Positions 1 through 12,049 of a stretch of 64,000 nt of DNA are shown here, in pieces. Made by a program: the position numbers and the translations under genes. Position 1 is the first letter of the stretch; every line of letters starts with the position of its first letter. A model generated the notes under the pieces. The model saw only the letters and a program-made list of their open reading frames with translations. It was not told the origin of the DNA and ran no database searches. The DNA comes from Mytilus californianus (taxonomy: Eukaryota), in contig NW_026262668.1 in the NCBI RefSeq assembly GCF_021869535.1, positions 43,524,001 through 43,588,000 of the forward strand, written 5' to 3'.

Positions 1-529
1 TAAATCATAAGCTTTATTAATATTTTGGCCATTAACTGTCACAGCCTTAGCGTTTAATTTAGAATTTTAGAAAAGATTGTAACTATCTTATCAATAAATT
101 CTAACCTTCAAGTACGGAACAATGTTGAGTTGTGAATTTCTTTCAAACTTGTTGCTATAGATGTACAAAACCCTTCTTCGTTATATTTCTAACACAGGTA
201 TTTACATGTAGAATCTCACATCCAAAAAGATTAATACTAGTACTAACATTCGTGAAGTGTATCCATACTATAGTTTAAAGAAAAATATTACGTTTTAATC
301 CATTTTGAAGACATTTTCCTACATGGAAAAACTTGACCACACACTAGAATCAAAAATAAATTGACTTTGTAAATACAAATTAAGCATATATTAGTAAATT
401 CCTACAAGAAGATACCAAGGGGGTAATTTGAATGATTAGAAAAAAGATTTTTAAAAACACAACCACACCCAAAAGGAATTTATTCTGTTAATATCTCTTT
501 TTGGTAAAAAATCTCCAAATATTTCTACA

Positions 530-610
530 TTTTTATACACCCCTGACTTCCAATTGTTCAGGTTTGAGCGTTCTAATGACCGTAAATCCAGAAAAGCGCT
601 TCGGACGCAG
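530..610 (+). mobile_element. Degenerate retrozyme remnant (family A) with mutated hammerhead core
   Basis: GAGCGTT-CTAATGA-CCGTAAATCCA-GAAAAGCGCTTC-GGACGC aligns with the copy at 55892-55933; core CTGATGA is changed to CTAATGA. Confidence 0.7.
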
Positions 611-646
611 GTTTATACCGTGTGTATTTTATTTGTTTTCTTTTAA

Positions 647-1326
647 AGGGGAATTAGCTGTCAAATTCATGTTCACCGATTTGACTCAAATTCTCATATT
701 TGATCTATAACATACTAAAACGTATATCCAAATTACAATAAGTCTGAAGTAAACAATTAACAATGCATGGACTCGATGATATATATCAGCATTTCGTGTG
801 TAATTTAGTCTAGACGCCATCTAATTAACCATCGATATGACCTCCGAAGACTTCCGACGGTCACATAACCCAATATAAACTTGAACATTTATATAAATAG
901 ATAGCGACCTCGTGCAATTGGACTTTTCTAGTCTGTTTGATTTCATGTTATAGGTAAAAAAAAATAATCATCGTTTTTACCTGTATAAGTATGATTTTTT
1001 GTGGTTCGAATCAGTCAATCAAATGGTTCACCTTTGTTTCACTTTAAATGTTGACATTCTTTTCCTTTTAATGGCTGGACACGACTAATACATGTGTAAC
1101 CAATCTCTAGTTAATGGGTTAAATTGAAGGTCACATGAATACGGATTCAATGAGGTCGAATTATACACTTGCAAGTGAATAATTCATCAGCGATGTTTCT
1201 CAGCTTATTTTGACAAAATTGAACTAAACTGGCTGCTAAGAGTGAATTATCATTTCACTATTTCACTTTCATTAATGATTGAACAAAAAAAAAATCATAT
1301 TTTAGTTTTTTTTATATCTCGTAGCT
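647..1326. mobile_element. Non-autonomous DNA transposon/MITE, Kolobok-like (copy 1)
   Basis: Reverse complement of 26337-27033 over about 680 bp (about 80% by eye); begins ttaa|AGGGGAATTAGCT and ends TCGTAGCT|ttaa. Confidence 0.7.
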
Positions 1327-2219
1327 TTAAAGTATAAGATACCTTTTCAAGAAAAAAAAGTTGTTCGAAAAAGTTTAATAAATAATAAAGACATGTTTAA
1401 GTTAAAGGGTTTATTTAATGTTTGACATTGCGTGTTATTCTATTCTAAAACGAGCAAAAATTCTTTTCAGTCAGTGTTTAATTAATCATATGAATACGCC
1501 ACATGTGGGACAGAAAATGGGACGTTTTATAAATAAGTAAGTATATAAATAAGAGATATCATTAAGCAGGTAGTCATTTACCGATATGTTATCAGAGAGT
1601 ATTAAAATCATTAATATTCAAATAAGTAAACGTGTCATGTATTGACATTTAAAAATGGTTATTCGTCCTAAGTTAATAAGAATAAAGAGAAGTTTCATCT
1701 ATTTCTCAGACTGTTTCTTTAATCATTCAGAATCCTATGGATATAATTGATTTACTCTTGTCTTTTTCAATGTCTTTGATGTTCTTGATAACATGCAAAG
1801 TCCAACCGTACTCCAAACCCCTCCAAAAAATAAGTTAAGATTATAACAAAAAAATCAACGCCTGAGTGTGTGTGGGAGAGAGTTCCGCAACCCCGTTAAA
1901 AGAATACCAAATAAAACCAAACGCGAACTCGGTTTGAAACTCATAACCTTGCAATAACATAAAATACGCTAAAACAGGGAGATTAAAAATTTGTGGAAAC
2001 AGATGTTAATGATTTGAAAACAAAATAACACTTTATAGATTTGGTGATGTTCTGGATTTACTTTCATCGTATATAGTCGTGATGAGCTATATATATAACC
2101 AAAGGTACCTAACAACAATAGCCAAATCCATTAAAGGTCAACTTTGCATGAGAGAGTTGAAACCTTTTGTTTCATAATAATTGCTAAATTAGTCAACGGA
2201 ACTGTCGAAATGCACTTAC

Positions 2220-2345
2220 TGGCGGTGCAAAGAGTTGAAATGAAGTAAGCATTATCTAACATAGCTGCTTTTCGGAATTTACTTTGTTTAAAGTTTGAAC
2301 ATAATTTTTCAAATATTTCTCAAGGTGCGACATTTAATTTAGTGT
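2220..2345 (-). pseudogene. Candidate phase 1-1 exon with one in-frame TGA (unidentified protein)
   Basis: Acceptor catatctccag| and donor |gtaagt; 126 bp; reads TKLNVAP*EIFEKLCSNFKQSKFRKAAMLDNAYFISTLCTA. No family recognised. Confidence 0.3.
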
Positions 2346-3348
2346 CTGGAGATATGAATCTAAATTCAATTTAACTAAAACTGCTGCATTTAACATACAT
2401 TATAAAGTGACACACGTTGACCAATTATAATTAAATGTTGTCAATTTGTGCGCCTATTTGTTTCATATTCAGTGAGTTTTTATTATATTTTAAAAGCCTG
2501 ATTTGCACTTTGATGATCAAATGTAAATATTTAAAACCCGCTGATAATTTGAAATGTAATACTTATTTCAGTACGCGTGTACCAAATTTATAAGAAATTA
2601 TAACAAGGACTTTATATCTGCACCGTGTTCCGTTTTGCATTAACAAAAAAAAAGGCGATCGGCAAACGTTCTTTACACAAATGTTATATACTATTAAAGA
2701 GCAACCATTTGCATTTCGGGGGCTGAGAAGAAATTTGAATTAAAGGGCAGGATCGAATATTTAGAGAGAAAAATCAAGGATGTCCTATAGCCGCCCAAAG
2801 TTTAGGCAGTATGGATATGTCAAAGTCGCAATAACGCGAAACTTAAATTAACAAGTTTTTCAACAAATAAAGTTAACATGGTTTGCCTCAATCAGTACCA
2901 ATTTTGGATCTAATAAAAAGGTAGAAAGTTTCAATTAAGTTTTATATAATGGAGATACAACATATTGAGATGTACAAGGACCAAAATAACTGTAGCCAAA
3001 ACTTTATTACACGGGTGTATAGCAGAAAAAGACAAATACGTTTGTTTCTAGGTTGGTTTCATCTCTCAAAAAGTTTCATTGTCTTCTTCGTGACTTTGTT
3101 GGTATATTGTCACGGAATATTCATCTTCAAAAAAGAACATCATCCGTAGTTTTTTTCCTCTTCCTTGAATTGACTTTTACCACAATTGACATGAGTAAAA
3201 CCTAGATAGAATCCAATAAGCGGCAGTCGATGCTTACCCTTCTGGATAACCTGAGCCAATCTCTTGCATTCCTTCGTTGGATTTCAGAATGAAAGTGAGC
3301 TTTTGGTTTTCATTTCTTCTTGCTATTCTATCAGTGTCATAGTTGGTA

Positions 3349-4275
3349 GGGAGCCTTGGTGGCCGAATAGTCTAAATAGTTCAACTACTGTATCACTATA
3401 AAAATAAGGAGATGTGGTATGATTGCCAACGAGACAACTATCCACCACAGTTCAAATAAAGTGGATGTAAGCTATTATAGGCAACCGTACGGCCTTCATC
3501 AATGAGAAAAACCCATACCGTATTGTCGGCCATGAATAGTCCCGACATGAAAAATATGAAACAATTTAATTGAGAAAACTAACGGCCTAATTTATAATAA
3601 AACAATTTACGAAAAACAAATATGACAGACGTCAACCAACGACAACCACTGAACTACAGGCTCCTGACTTGGGACATGTACATAAAGAATGTGGCGGGGC
3701 TAAACATGTTTGTGAGCGCTAAACCCTCCCCAAACCAGGAAGTGGTGTAAGAACACAACATAAGAACAAAATATAAAAATCAGTTGAATAAGGCTTAACT
3801 CATCAGATCGATTAAAAGAAAAACATCAAACAAAAACACAGACAGGACAGGACGTGGCAGGGTATATATCCATCCCTCATCCCTAACAACAAAAAAGACA
3901 CTAGGTACAGATCTGAGAGTACTCTCAGTTACTGACAGCTACTTCAAAGCCAATAACAACTAATAAAACAAATCATGTATCTAAGACTAAAATATCTATC
4001 AGTACACATCCAACATCCAATGGATTCAGTGAAAAGACGTCATTAATAGTCAGAGAAAAACATGACCTTAGTCTGTCAACGCTAAAGTGGTGAGTTCGAA
4101 TCCCGCATGTGGCAGGTGTGCTCGACTTCAATCTTTATTGGCAATGATAGTCAGTTTTCCTGTCGAAGGTCCGTGGTTCTCTCCAGGCACTCCGGCTTCC
4201 TGTGCCAATAAAAACTGACCACGAAATAGCCAACATTGCTGAAAGTGGCGTTAAACACAAACCACTCAATCAAAC
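3349..4275 (+). mobile_element. tRNA-derived SINE (V-domain type, BivaV-like) split by an insertion
   Basis: A box TGGCCGAATAG (3360-3370), B box GTTCGAATC (4094-4102), V-like core GGTTCTCTCCAGGCACTCCGGCTTCC; homologous to the uninterrupted copy at 60090-60335. Confidence 0.8.
3399..4068 (+). mobile_element. High-copy bivalve interspersed repeat (HINE/Helentron-associated-like), nested in the SINE
   Basis: Starts AAAATAAGGAGATGTGGTATGATTGCC, a head motif recurring near 26035, 32845, 47660, 53318 and 61135 (+) and 31800 (-); homologous to 23390-24140. Confidence 0.75.
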
Positions 4276-4614
4276 AATCATAGTTGGTACCTCATATACA
4301 AAAGGTTCCTTGATGTCTAAATCACCTTTATTGATCAATACATTTAGCAGTTTTTGGATTAATATCAAACTATATGGACAAGATGAGTTTCTGATCTGTA
4401 TATAAAATGATGGTCAAAGATTGATATCAATGAGTAATGAATCAAAATGTTGTAATTTCCCATTTGGTGATTACAGCTTTAACCTATATAAACAAAAAAT
4501 AAAACTAAACTAAACTAAACACAAAACAGGAGCGGATTGTCCCATAGTTATTGAAGATTTTAAACAGTATATGAAGGTTTTAAGAAAATGCAGCATGTGT
4601 TTTAATTGGAAAAT

Positions 4615-4675
4615 GCGGACGAACGAACGACAGGACGAACAAACGAACGCGTACGAGCACACGGAACGAGGGACA
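4615..4675. repeat. Degenerate (GAAC)n microsatellite
   Basis: GGACGAACGAACGACAGGACGAACAAACGAACG; this kind of tract is typical of pearl/HINE-like elements. Confidence 0.55.
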
Positions 4676-6024
4676 ATTAAAATACGAACGTAAAATTGAA
4701 GAAATGTGGTTAGTGTATATATATAGAATACGTACTGGAATATGATGTCCAGTGCAATCACGTACAAGAGAAATTTTATCATAAATCATATTCCAAAATC
4801 GTACAAAAAATAACTGTTAATTTGCAGTTGAAATCGTGGCTTAAAAACCCTTTAATTTCTTTTATAATAAAAGTTGTTTTATATCTTGGTTGTAGTATGT
4901 ACCTTCTTCGTGGTAATCGTGCTGACGTGGGTTCATTTTTATTTATTCTTTTTGAATTAAACAGTGATTTCAACAGTGATAAGGAAAGTTCCTATTTCAT
5001 TTTTCAAATTAAAAAATATATGAATAACGAAACATAAAAAGCACCCTATTCATTATCATATTTTTGTTATACCTCATTATGTAAAAATTGCCCCTAAAGA
5101 GACATCTGAACTTTAAATGAAATCAAATCTTTGAAACATGTGATTAAGGTAGGCATTTGTAATCATTATAATAGTTTCTTTAAAGATAATATTGAAAACC
5201 TGCGTGAGGTAGAATAATGTTTTCTTTTTTAGTGTCTAAAAAATAATTACACAGAATTAAATCAACATATTCCATTCAAATTTTGAATTTTCGTTAAGTT
5301 GGGTATTTATAAAAGAAAAATAGTACATCGTTTATATCTTAGAATATATTATTTTGCTTTAGGAGTAATGATGAAGATGGTGAATTTTACTTCTTCTTCC
5401 GTTTCGAAAGAAATGAAAATGTAAGAAACAATACATTTTCTGTACTGAGTTCTCCAAATACTTATTGAGTTTCATTGATAAAAAAAACAACAATATACTA
5501 TTTTCAACAAGTACAAAGTCAGCCAACTTTTTTAAAAGGCCAATGGGCCTGAGAAGAATTAAGGGATTCTTGATGAACTGATTGTCACAAGTTGTTTTTA
5601 TGCTTTTATAACGATAACGACTATATCAAACAATCTTTAAATGTGAATAATGAATAACAGGATAGTTCTGAATTCACATTTCAATGAGAAATATTGAAAC
5701 ATGTCATTAAAATTTCGTAAAGTAAAAGTAGGATCAATAAATCATGTCCACAACTAAAGTATGTGGTAAGCTGATACATAACAGAACTACTGAACATAGA
5801 CGTCTGGCCATTCTAATAACAAATTTTAGCTCCAAATTATTTTCTTGTTTAATCGACCATATTGCCTAGGTCATAAATGTATGAATTTGTTGGCCCAACT
5901 GGTAATTCTTACACAGCAGTTTATAAACATAATTAAGAGTCTCAGTTACACCCTGGTCATGACCCTATTTACTGAACTAATTATTTGTTTTGTACCCGCT
6001 GGATATTGTACATGTAATACATAC

Positions 6025-6078
6025 TGGTGACATTGCGTGAAATAGATTTAACACGGGTGACCGGAATGTTAGGACGTT
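6025..6078 (-). other. Candidate 54-bp phase 1-1 exon
   Basis: Pyrimidine-rich acceptor tttctcaattcatttactgatttag| and donor |gtatgt; open frame (E)RPNIPVTRVKSISRNVT. Confidence 0.3.
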
Positions 6079-6559
6079 CTAAATCAGTAAATGAATTGAG
6101 AAAGTTAAAAAAAAACTGTTTAATTATATTGAACACTGAGTCTTGAGGCTTAAAGATGAAATTTAATATTCTAGTCAAGAGGATTTTTTCTGACGGAATA
6201 TTCATTTTAATCTTTAAGCGAGTGTCTTTTCACTTTTGTACCATTTATATCTTGCATTTTGTTTTGCAGAATATTCATGTTACATCCTGTTTTGAGCTAT
6301 AAAAACATTATGGAGAACATATACATGATATTGAATTTTTGGTTTTCAATGCTCTTCCGCTTCGTTTTTCATTTAGTCCTCCGAATGATTTGATTCGGGC
6401 ACCACAAGACAAAACGTGCATCTGTCGTACCAGATTATATGACTGGTATCTTTGTGTGTTTCTGTGTCTGGGTTTTAAATATAAGAAGATTCAGTGTAAT
6501 CCATGTTACGTATTTCCACATGAGACATGAAAGGTATAGAAAATGGACAAAACTACGGA

Positions 6560-6658
6560 TGAGGGATTTTCTCGCTGCGTTGAGGACCCATTGGGATGCT
6601 TTCTGCTCTTTGGTCGGGTTGTTGTATCTTTGACACATTCCACGTTTCCATTCTCTAT
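6560..6658 (+). repeat. 3' fragment of the interspersed repeat family at 15810-16312 and 35401-36104
   Basis: GGGATTTTCTCGCTGCGTTGAGGACCCATTGG...TTTCCATTCTC matches the ends of the two longer copies. Confidence 0.75.
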
Positions 6659-7929
6659 TGCATAACTTGTATCATTTCATTACTTCTATTTATTTATTTC
6701 CCTTTTCTTAAGAATTAATACGTTTCTGCATAATACGTTACCTTTAAATTTCTTTACTTGCTCGGGCTATTACGTAAATTATTATCATACATTAGAAATA
6801 CCTATAGTGTATAGAAAATGCCATCAAATATTATTGTCTTCTTCTCAAAGTAGTTTTCCTATGTTAATCCGTCTTTGCATTTTTTTTTAATATTTCTAAA
6901 GTTTTTGTTTGGTTTATTAATGAACACATGGATGTGTATTACGTAACTCACTACTCTAAATTTAATTATTCAAACTTTTTAAAATACTTTACGTCGAAGT
7001 CAACAATGGGACATAGATCTAATCTATTCATTAAACATCACGATCTATGAAAGAGTCGCATTTTATATTCACGTGATAGGAATGAAAAGCGGTATTTACT
7101 GCCTATAACGACATGAAATTGAATCTGTGTATATGCTTACATAATCAAAAGATAAGTTTATCATGTAGTTATACCTATTGATCAGACAGATGACATCGAA
7201 TCTCTCTCTGGTTTTCAATTATTATTCAAATTCATTCCCATGGTCCATGTATGAAGACAACAACTTGAATAATATAAACAACAATACTTGATAGGTTATT
7301 GCTTGTTTCAGGCATAGTATATTTCTCATATCCATTGCAAATACTTGTCAGAAGCATTACAGTTTTCAAGATTTCACTTAAGCAGCCTATTTTGAATGCG
7401 AAGACTATACTAAATATCTCTTTAACATACTTACATTTCAATTAGCGATGCAAATTTTACATTTTCATCGCTTGTGAAAGTGAAAATGAGACATCAATAT
7501 ATTTTAAATTCTAGTTATATATATTGTTATTACTTTGATGTTTTTCCTCTGTGGTCATCTTGTATGTCTGTCCTGCTCCTTTGTCATAGTTTCTGATGTG
7601 CAACAAGAATGTTCGTATTTCATATTTCTTGTACCATCTTTGAACTAACTAAATCGACTGTAAACAAATATATAAATTCTAATTTGGACTTTTTCGTTAT
7701 ATGTAAAATATGTAGTAATCCGGCAAATAGATAGCACTGGCACTTGTCTCTGAATTTTTTGTTTTTTTAAGGTATATAGGACATTTTTTTTCAGAGACAA
7801 GTGCCTGTGATAGAAAGGGCAAATCGCAATCACATTCTTTAAAGGTAGAATCTATTTTAAAAAGGTCAAGGAATTTTTCATAGTGTCGCATCTTTTATAT
7901 GAAAATAACCTTTTTTTTTCAAATTTGGT

Positions 7930-8010
7930 GCAACCAAAACGCTTTTCTGGATTTACCTCCAACAGGAAACCTTACACCCATAAATTTGAAAGCCAAGGGC
8001 GTATAACTAT
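7930..8010 (-). mobile_element. Degenerate retrozyme remnant (family A)
   Basis: Minus strand reads CTGTTGG-AGGTAAATCCA-GAAAAGCGTTTT, preceded by a TTGGCTTTCAAATT-like segment homologous to 55860-55930. Confidence 0.6.
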
Positions 8011-8781
8011 TCTTTAAAGTTCTGACACGATATCATGTCATATATATTATATATGTAACGTTAAATGACATGCCCGCCTCCTCATTCTTCCAGACTTCAT
8101 TTTATTATACTTTGAAATGTGTTACAGAAGATATGTTTTGTCTCTCAAAAACCTTGTTCTTATGCTATTCGTTAATCAATTTGCAATTATTTGCAATCTT
8201 ATTTCGAAATTGTCTTTACCAGCAACGCATGCATGAAGATTTGAATATCTTTATTTTTAAAAATTGGTGATGACATTTTAAGATTCTTCAATGTTCAAAT
8301 TCTAGTAGGTTTACCCCCTTTCAATTTTGACATTTTAGTGACACGTATAAATAGGACAATTATCCATACTTCTGGTCAGTCTTTAAATTGGAATTCTAAA
8401 CTTTGAATTAATCAGTTGTAAAAAGTTATTTTAATTAATAGAATTTGTTTAAAATTTAAACCACAATTATACACAACACATAAAATTGATTTATTTACAG
8501 GGAAAATATTAAATACAAAGTTTATTAAAGTTAACGTTAGTATTCAATCATTCGCATGTAGACTGATATCTTTATAATTCGTTTTCGCTTTAAATACCTT
8601 GCTATTTTTAAATAAAATAGATAAATCTTTTACTATTTTTTAAAATTTAAATATGACTGTTCATTTGTAATAACCGTGTGAATGGACTGGTCAATTACCG
8701 ACAGATATCCTATTTTACACCCCAGTTCTATTGTTATACTTCATAGTTTCTATTTCTGAAACAAGTGTAAATTGAATAGAT

Positions 8782-8893
8782 CTATTGTTACGAATAACAA
8801 TGGATTTTGACCACAGGGTGTGACGAGCGGGGTTTCTGGAAACCCCTGATTCTACATCCCGAAAACAAAGTCCATTGTTATCCATTACAATAG
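8782..8893. mobile_element. Short palindromic element
   Basis: Arms CTATTGTTACGAATAACAATGGATTTT and AAAGTCCATTGTTATCCATTACAATAG (22/27 complementary); central perfect hairpin GGGGTTTC-TG-GAAACCCC. Confidence 0.65.
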
Positions 8894-9084
8894 AAATTGA
8901 TTATTTTTTAAAAAGCATGAACATAAGAAATTACTAATAGTGTTCACTACAAGTTGTTTCAAGATATTAAAAACACATTTTAGGAAATTTCAATAGCGAA
9001 AAAATATTAAGCATCTATTTTTAATACAAAAAATCCTTCAAGGGAAAAATAATTTGATTGATAGCGTTGCAAAACTAGATAAAA

Positions 9085-9187
9085 TTGTTTCGCGATTTGC
9101 GAGAAAAAAAAATTCTGACTCCGACAAAAAACCATACCCCCCCCCCCAAAAAAAAAACCCTTTGAAATTAAAATGGTTGCTCCCTAA
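9085..9187. mobile_element. One end of a Harbinger-like MITE
   Basis: Ends GAAATTAAAATGGTTGCTCCC|taa, similar to the TIR of 51002-51115. Confidence 0.55.
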
Positions 9188-9304
9188 ATACTCCTTTGCT
9201 TGAAGGTAAAATTTGTGATCTTAGTCATATGTCTCTATTCTAAAGCATTGATCTTAAAAAAAAAACAGGGATTCTAACTCCCAGACCCCCACCCTCCTTG
9301 GATC

Positions 9305-9355
9305 CCGGTCGTCGGGTTTCTAATCCAGACACACCTATGATCCCTCAGTGTGTCC
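9305..9355. repeat. Right half of the palindrome family at 9887-9990
   Basis: CCGGTCGTCGGGTTTCTAATCCAGACACACCTAT-GATCCCTC matches 9940-9980. Confidence 0.65.
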
Positions 9356-9886
9356 GAATATGAATGTTTGTTTATTCTCGAGAAAGGGGGGGGGGGAGGC
9401 TTTTAAAAAAAAAAAACCGTAACATAAAAAATACATTTATGATTACCTTCATTAAACTGATACAGGTAAGTACTTTGGGTTATAATATTGCCTTTATCTT
9501 TAGTCTGTTCTACCAAATCCAACGCTTGACTCAAAATGTCGTCCGTCTTATACCCCTCTATATTACTAACTGCATACAAGGAGCATGATGTATTTTTTTT
9601 TGTGATAAGAATGCACGAAACGGTCAACCTTGAACTTCTGATCCATATTAGCACCAGGATTTAACGGGAATATGCAAAACAGCAACTTTGACATTTGTAA
9701 AACCTACTCACTTGTCAAAGTTTGAAAGAACATAGCCAGAGAAAGGTTACTAGTGGGGTTTCATGTAAAAAAAAATAGTATTTTTCTTATAATTTATGGT
9801 TCGATTTTGTCAATAAATATGCTATCCATTCTTTTTCATTTAGTAATCAATGTTAACAAATATAGAGTTTAGAACTGGGTGTAAGT

Positions 9887-9990
9887 TAGTTATACACCTC
9901 GGGATACGGCGTGTCTGGATAAGAAACCCCTCCGGCCTCCGGCCGTCGGGGTTTCTTATCCAGACACACCTATCCCTCGGTGTATAACTA
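9887..9990. mobile_element. Palindromic miniature element (Crypton-like non-autonomous class, inferred)
   Basis: About 44-bp arms TAGTTATACACC...GATAAGAAACCCC / GGGGTTTCTTATC...GGTGTATAACTA around loop TCCGGCCTCCGGCCGTC. Confidence 0.75.
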
Positions 9991-10365
9991 TTACGGAAAA
10001 CCAAAATACCGTGAGGAAAAAAAGTGGTTGATCACGAAGACCTTTTATGCTTCACAGAATTTGATTGAATAGCCTAAGCAGGTCAAAGGTTCATAAAGTT
10101 TAATTAAATAATTTTCAATCAAATTACAAGCTTTATGGTCACGGAAATTAAGTTTTTTTTAAACCCGAACAAACCCCAGGGGTCAAACTAGTGCTTAATG
10201 TTAACATTATAATGTGTATGCCAACTTGTTTAAAGCAATAAAAAAGTTGATTTTCAAAAAAAGGTTTTATAGGTTGAACTGAATAAAAATTCATCATATT
10301 AGACGTCGTTTCCCAGCCTACCGTAAATTGTAATATCGTAAATGAAACAAGGTAAACATATAGAT

Positions 10366-10518
10366 TTCACCACTGCAACAAGTGTGTTACGATATTTCTC
10401 CACTCGAGACAGTTAAATTTTAATATTTAAAGCGCGAGGCTTGCCGAGCTTTTTAAATACTTTAAATTTAACTGTTGAGAGTGGAGAAATATCGTAATAC
10501 ACGAGTTATAGTGGTGAA
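10366..10518. mobile_element. Palindromic miniature element
   Basis: About 65-bp arms TTCACCACT...ACGATATTTCTCCACTC...CAGTTAAATT and their complement; centre GCGCGAGGCTTGCCGAGC. Confidence 0.75.
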
Positions 10519-10684
10519 TGGTGTGTTTAAACTCGGGGAAAGTTCTTGTGTCTTTCAGCAGTGAGGTTGCAGACGTGAAGTGCTAAAATGGTTCTTTCTT
10601 CCGATAGTTTGACTATTTTAAGTTATTAATTGCCTCTCACAAATACTGTCATTTCAATTATTTTCTATCATGAGACTTCGTTAA

Positions 10685-12049
10685 GGGACTTATCATTTTT
10701 TACCTGGGAGGGGGGCTGGTTGGTCATTTTGAAATGAAACATACAAAAAATTTCTTGATCCCCCCCATAATATTTCACTATTTTTATTTGATCCCCCCCC
10801 GTAAAAAACATTTAAAAATTGTGAACCCCCCCTCTATTAAACATGCCAAAATTTTAACATGCAAAACACGTATCATGTTGTTTCACGAAAATATTGAAAA
10901 TGAAATATTCTCAGTGTATTGAGTCCAAAAACACATTTGAGGGATAATTGCCTTGCAATAGGGCTCTTCCATGAGTCCTCTTCCATGAATATTAGTAGGT
11001 AGAGCAAGCCAGTGCTTTGAATAGCTTTTTCTGACTTTTTTTTCTAATTTCCTATATTGGGCTATTAAAGAAAACTTTATCCTAAGTAACTCTGTACAAA
11101 ATATACATTAAAAAGTAAACTTTTTGAAACAGTAACAACACATGATTTACATAGAGGGATCTATTATATGTCCCTCTCTTGAACGCTGCTTAAACTTAAG
11201 TTTTACGTAAGGCCTTTTGAAACCTCCATTGAGTCGCTAAACTTTTATATGGATAGTTCATGCTTACAGCTTGAACAATTCAATTACTCATTTGTTGTCA
11301 CATTTCATTCATAAATGTTTGATAGTAACCTCAAAATTTTGATTTATTAGCCTAAAAAGTACAAATTTTTAGGGAGTGAGAGGTATAAATGGACCCAAAG
11401 CGATCTTGTAATGAAACAAAAAGATACATTAGTGTTGGTCATCATCTCAGAATCATCTGTTGTATCAATATTCAACTGTTTGTATGCAGATTAGATGAAT
11501 ATTTAATCATTTATTGGAGAATTTATTGCTCTACACTATATTCTTCCATGATGCAGCGTGATTTGTATTTTTGGACAAAATTTTGCACAAATCGCTGTAG
11601 ATTTCGTTTTAATTTATGCTTAATTTCTCTCAAACTATTAAGCTAATTATAACAAAACTTGGCAGTAATGCTTGTTAATTCAGTGATCGAAGTGAGTGAG
11701 ATAACGACTAAATTATTCGGATTATGAAGCACCTATGCATTTTATATGGGACAAAATGACACAAAATGGCAGCTTCAGATCCTACTTCACTAAAGTCTTG
11801 TGATGTCTTACTTAATTGTATATGAATGGTGTTGAAAATATATTTCGATTTGACTGTTGTAATGTTCTTCTTGACATTTTGTCTCCGTTGAAGTTTGTGA
11901 ACTACTTATTTCTATGTGCAACAAATATTGATCCCCCCACAACGAATTTATAAAAAAAAAATTGAACCCCCCTTTTCCACACACAGAAAAAAACTTGATC
12001 CCCCTGCATTTTGACCAGCCCCCCTCCCAGATAAAAAATGATTAGTCCC
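10685..12049. mobile_element. Non-autonomous PIF/Harbinger-like transposon, 1365 bp
   Basis: TIR GGGACTTATCATTTTTTACCTGGGAGGGGGGCTGGT / ACCAGCCCCCCTCCCAGATAAAAAATGATTAGTCCC; TAA target duplication at 10682-10684 and 12050-12052; subterminal GATCCCCCC/GAACCCCCC repeats at both ends. Confidence 0.85.

Noticed and set aside
2220-3340. Selenocysteine read-through of the in-frame TGAs in the candidate exons
   Set aside because: No SECIS was recognised, other segments of the chain have TAA/TAG stops, and there is no redox motif context.
4081-4120. tRNA genes at the A/B-box sites (3360/4094, 56200-56233, 60100-60175)
   Set aside because: No cloverleaf or acceptor stem; each continues into a SINE core and tail.
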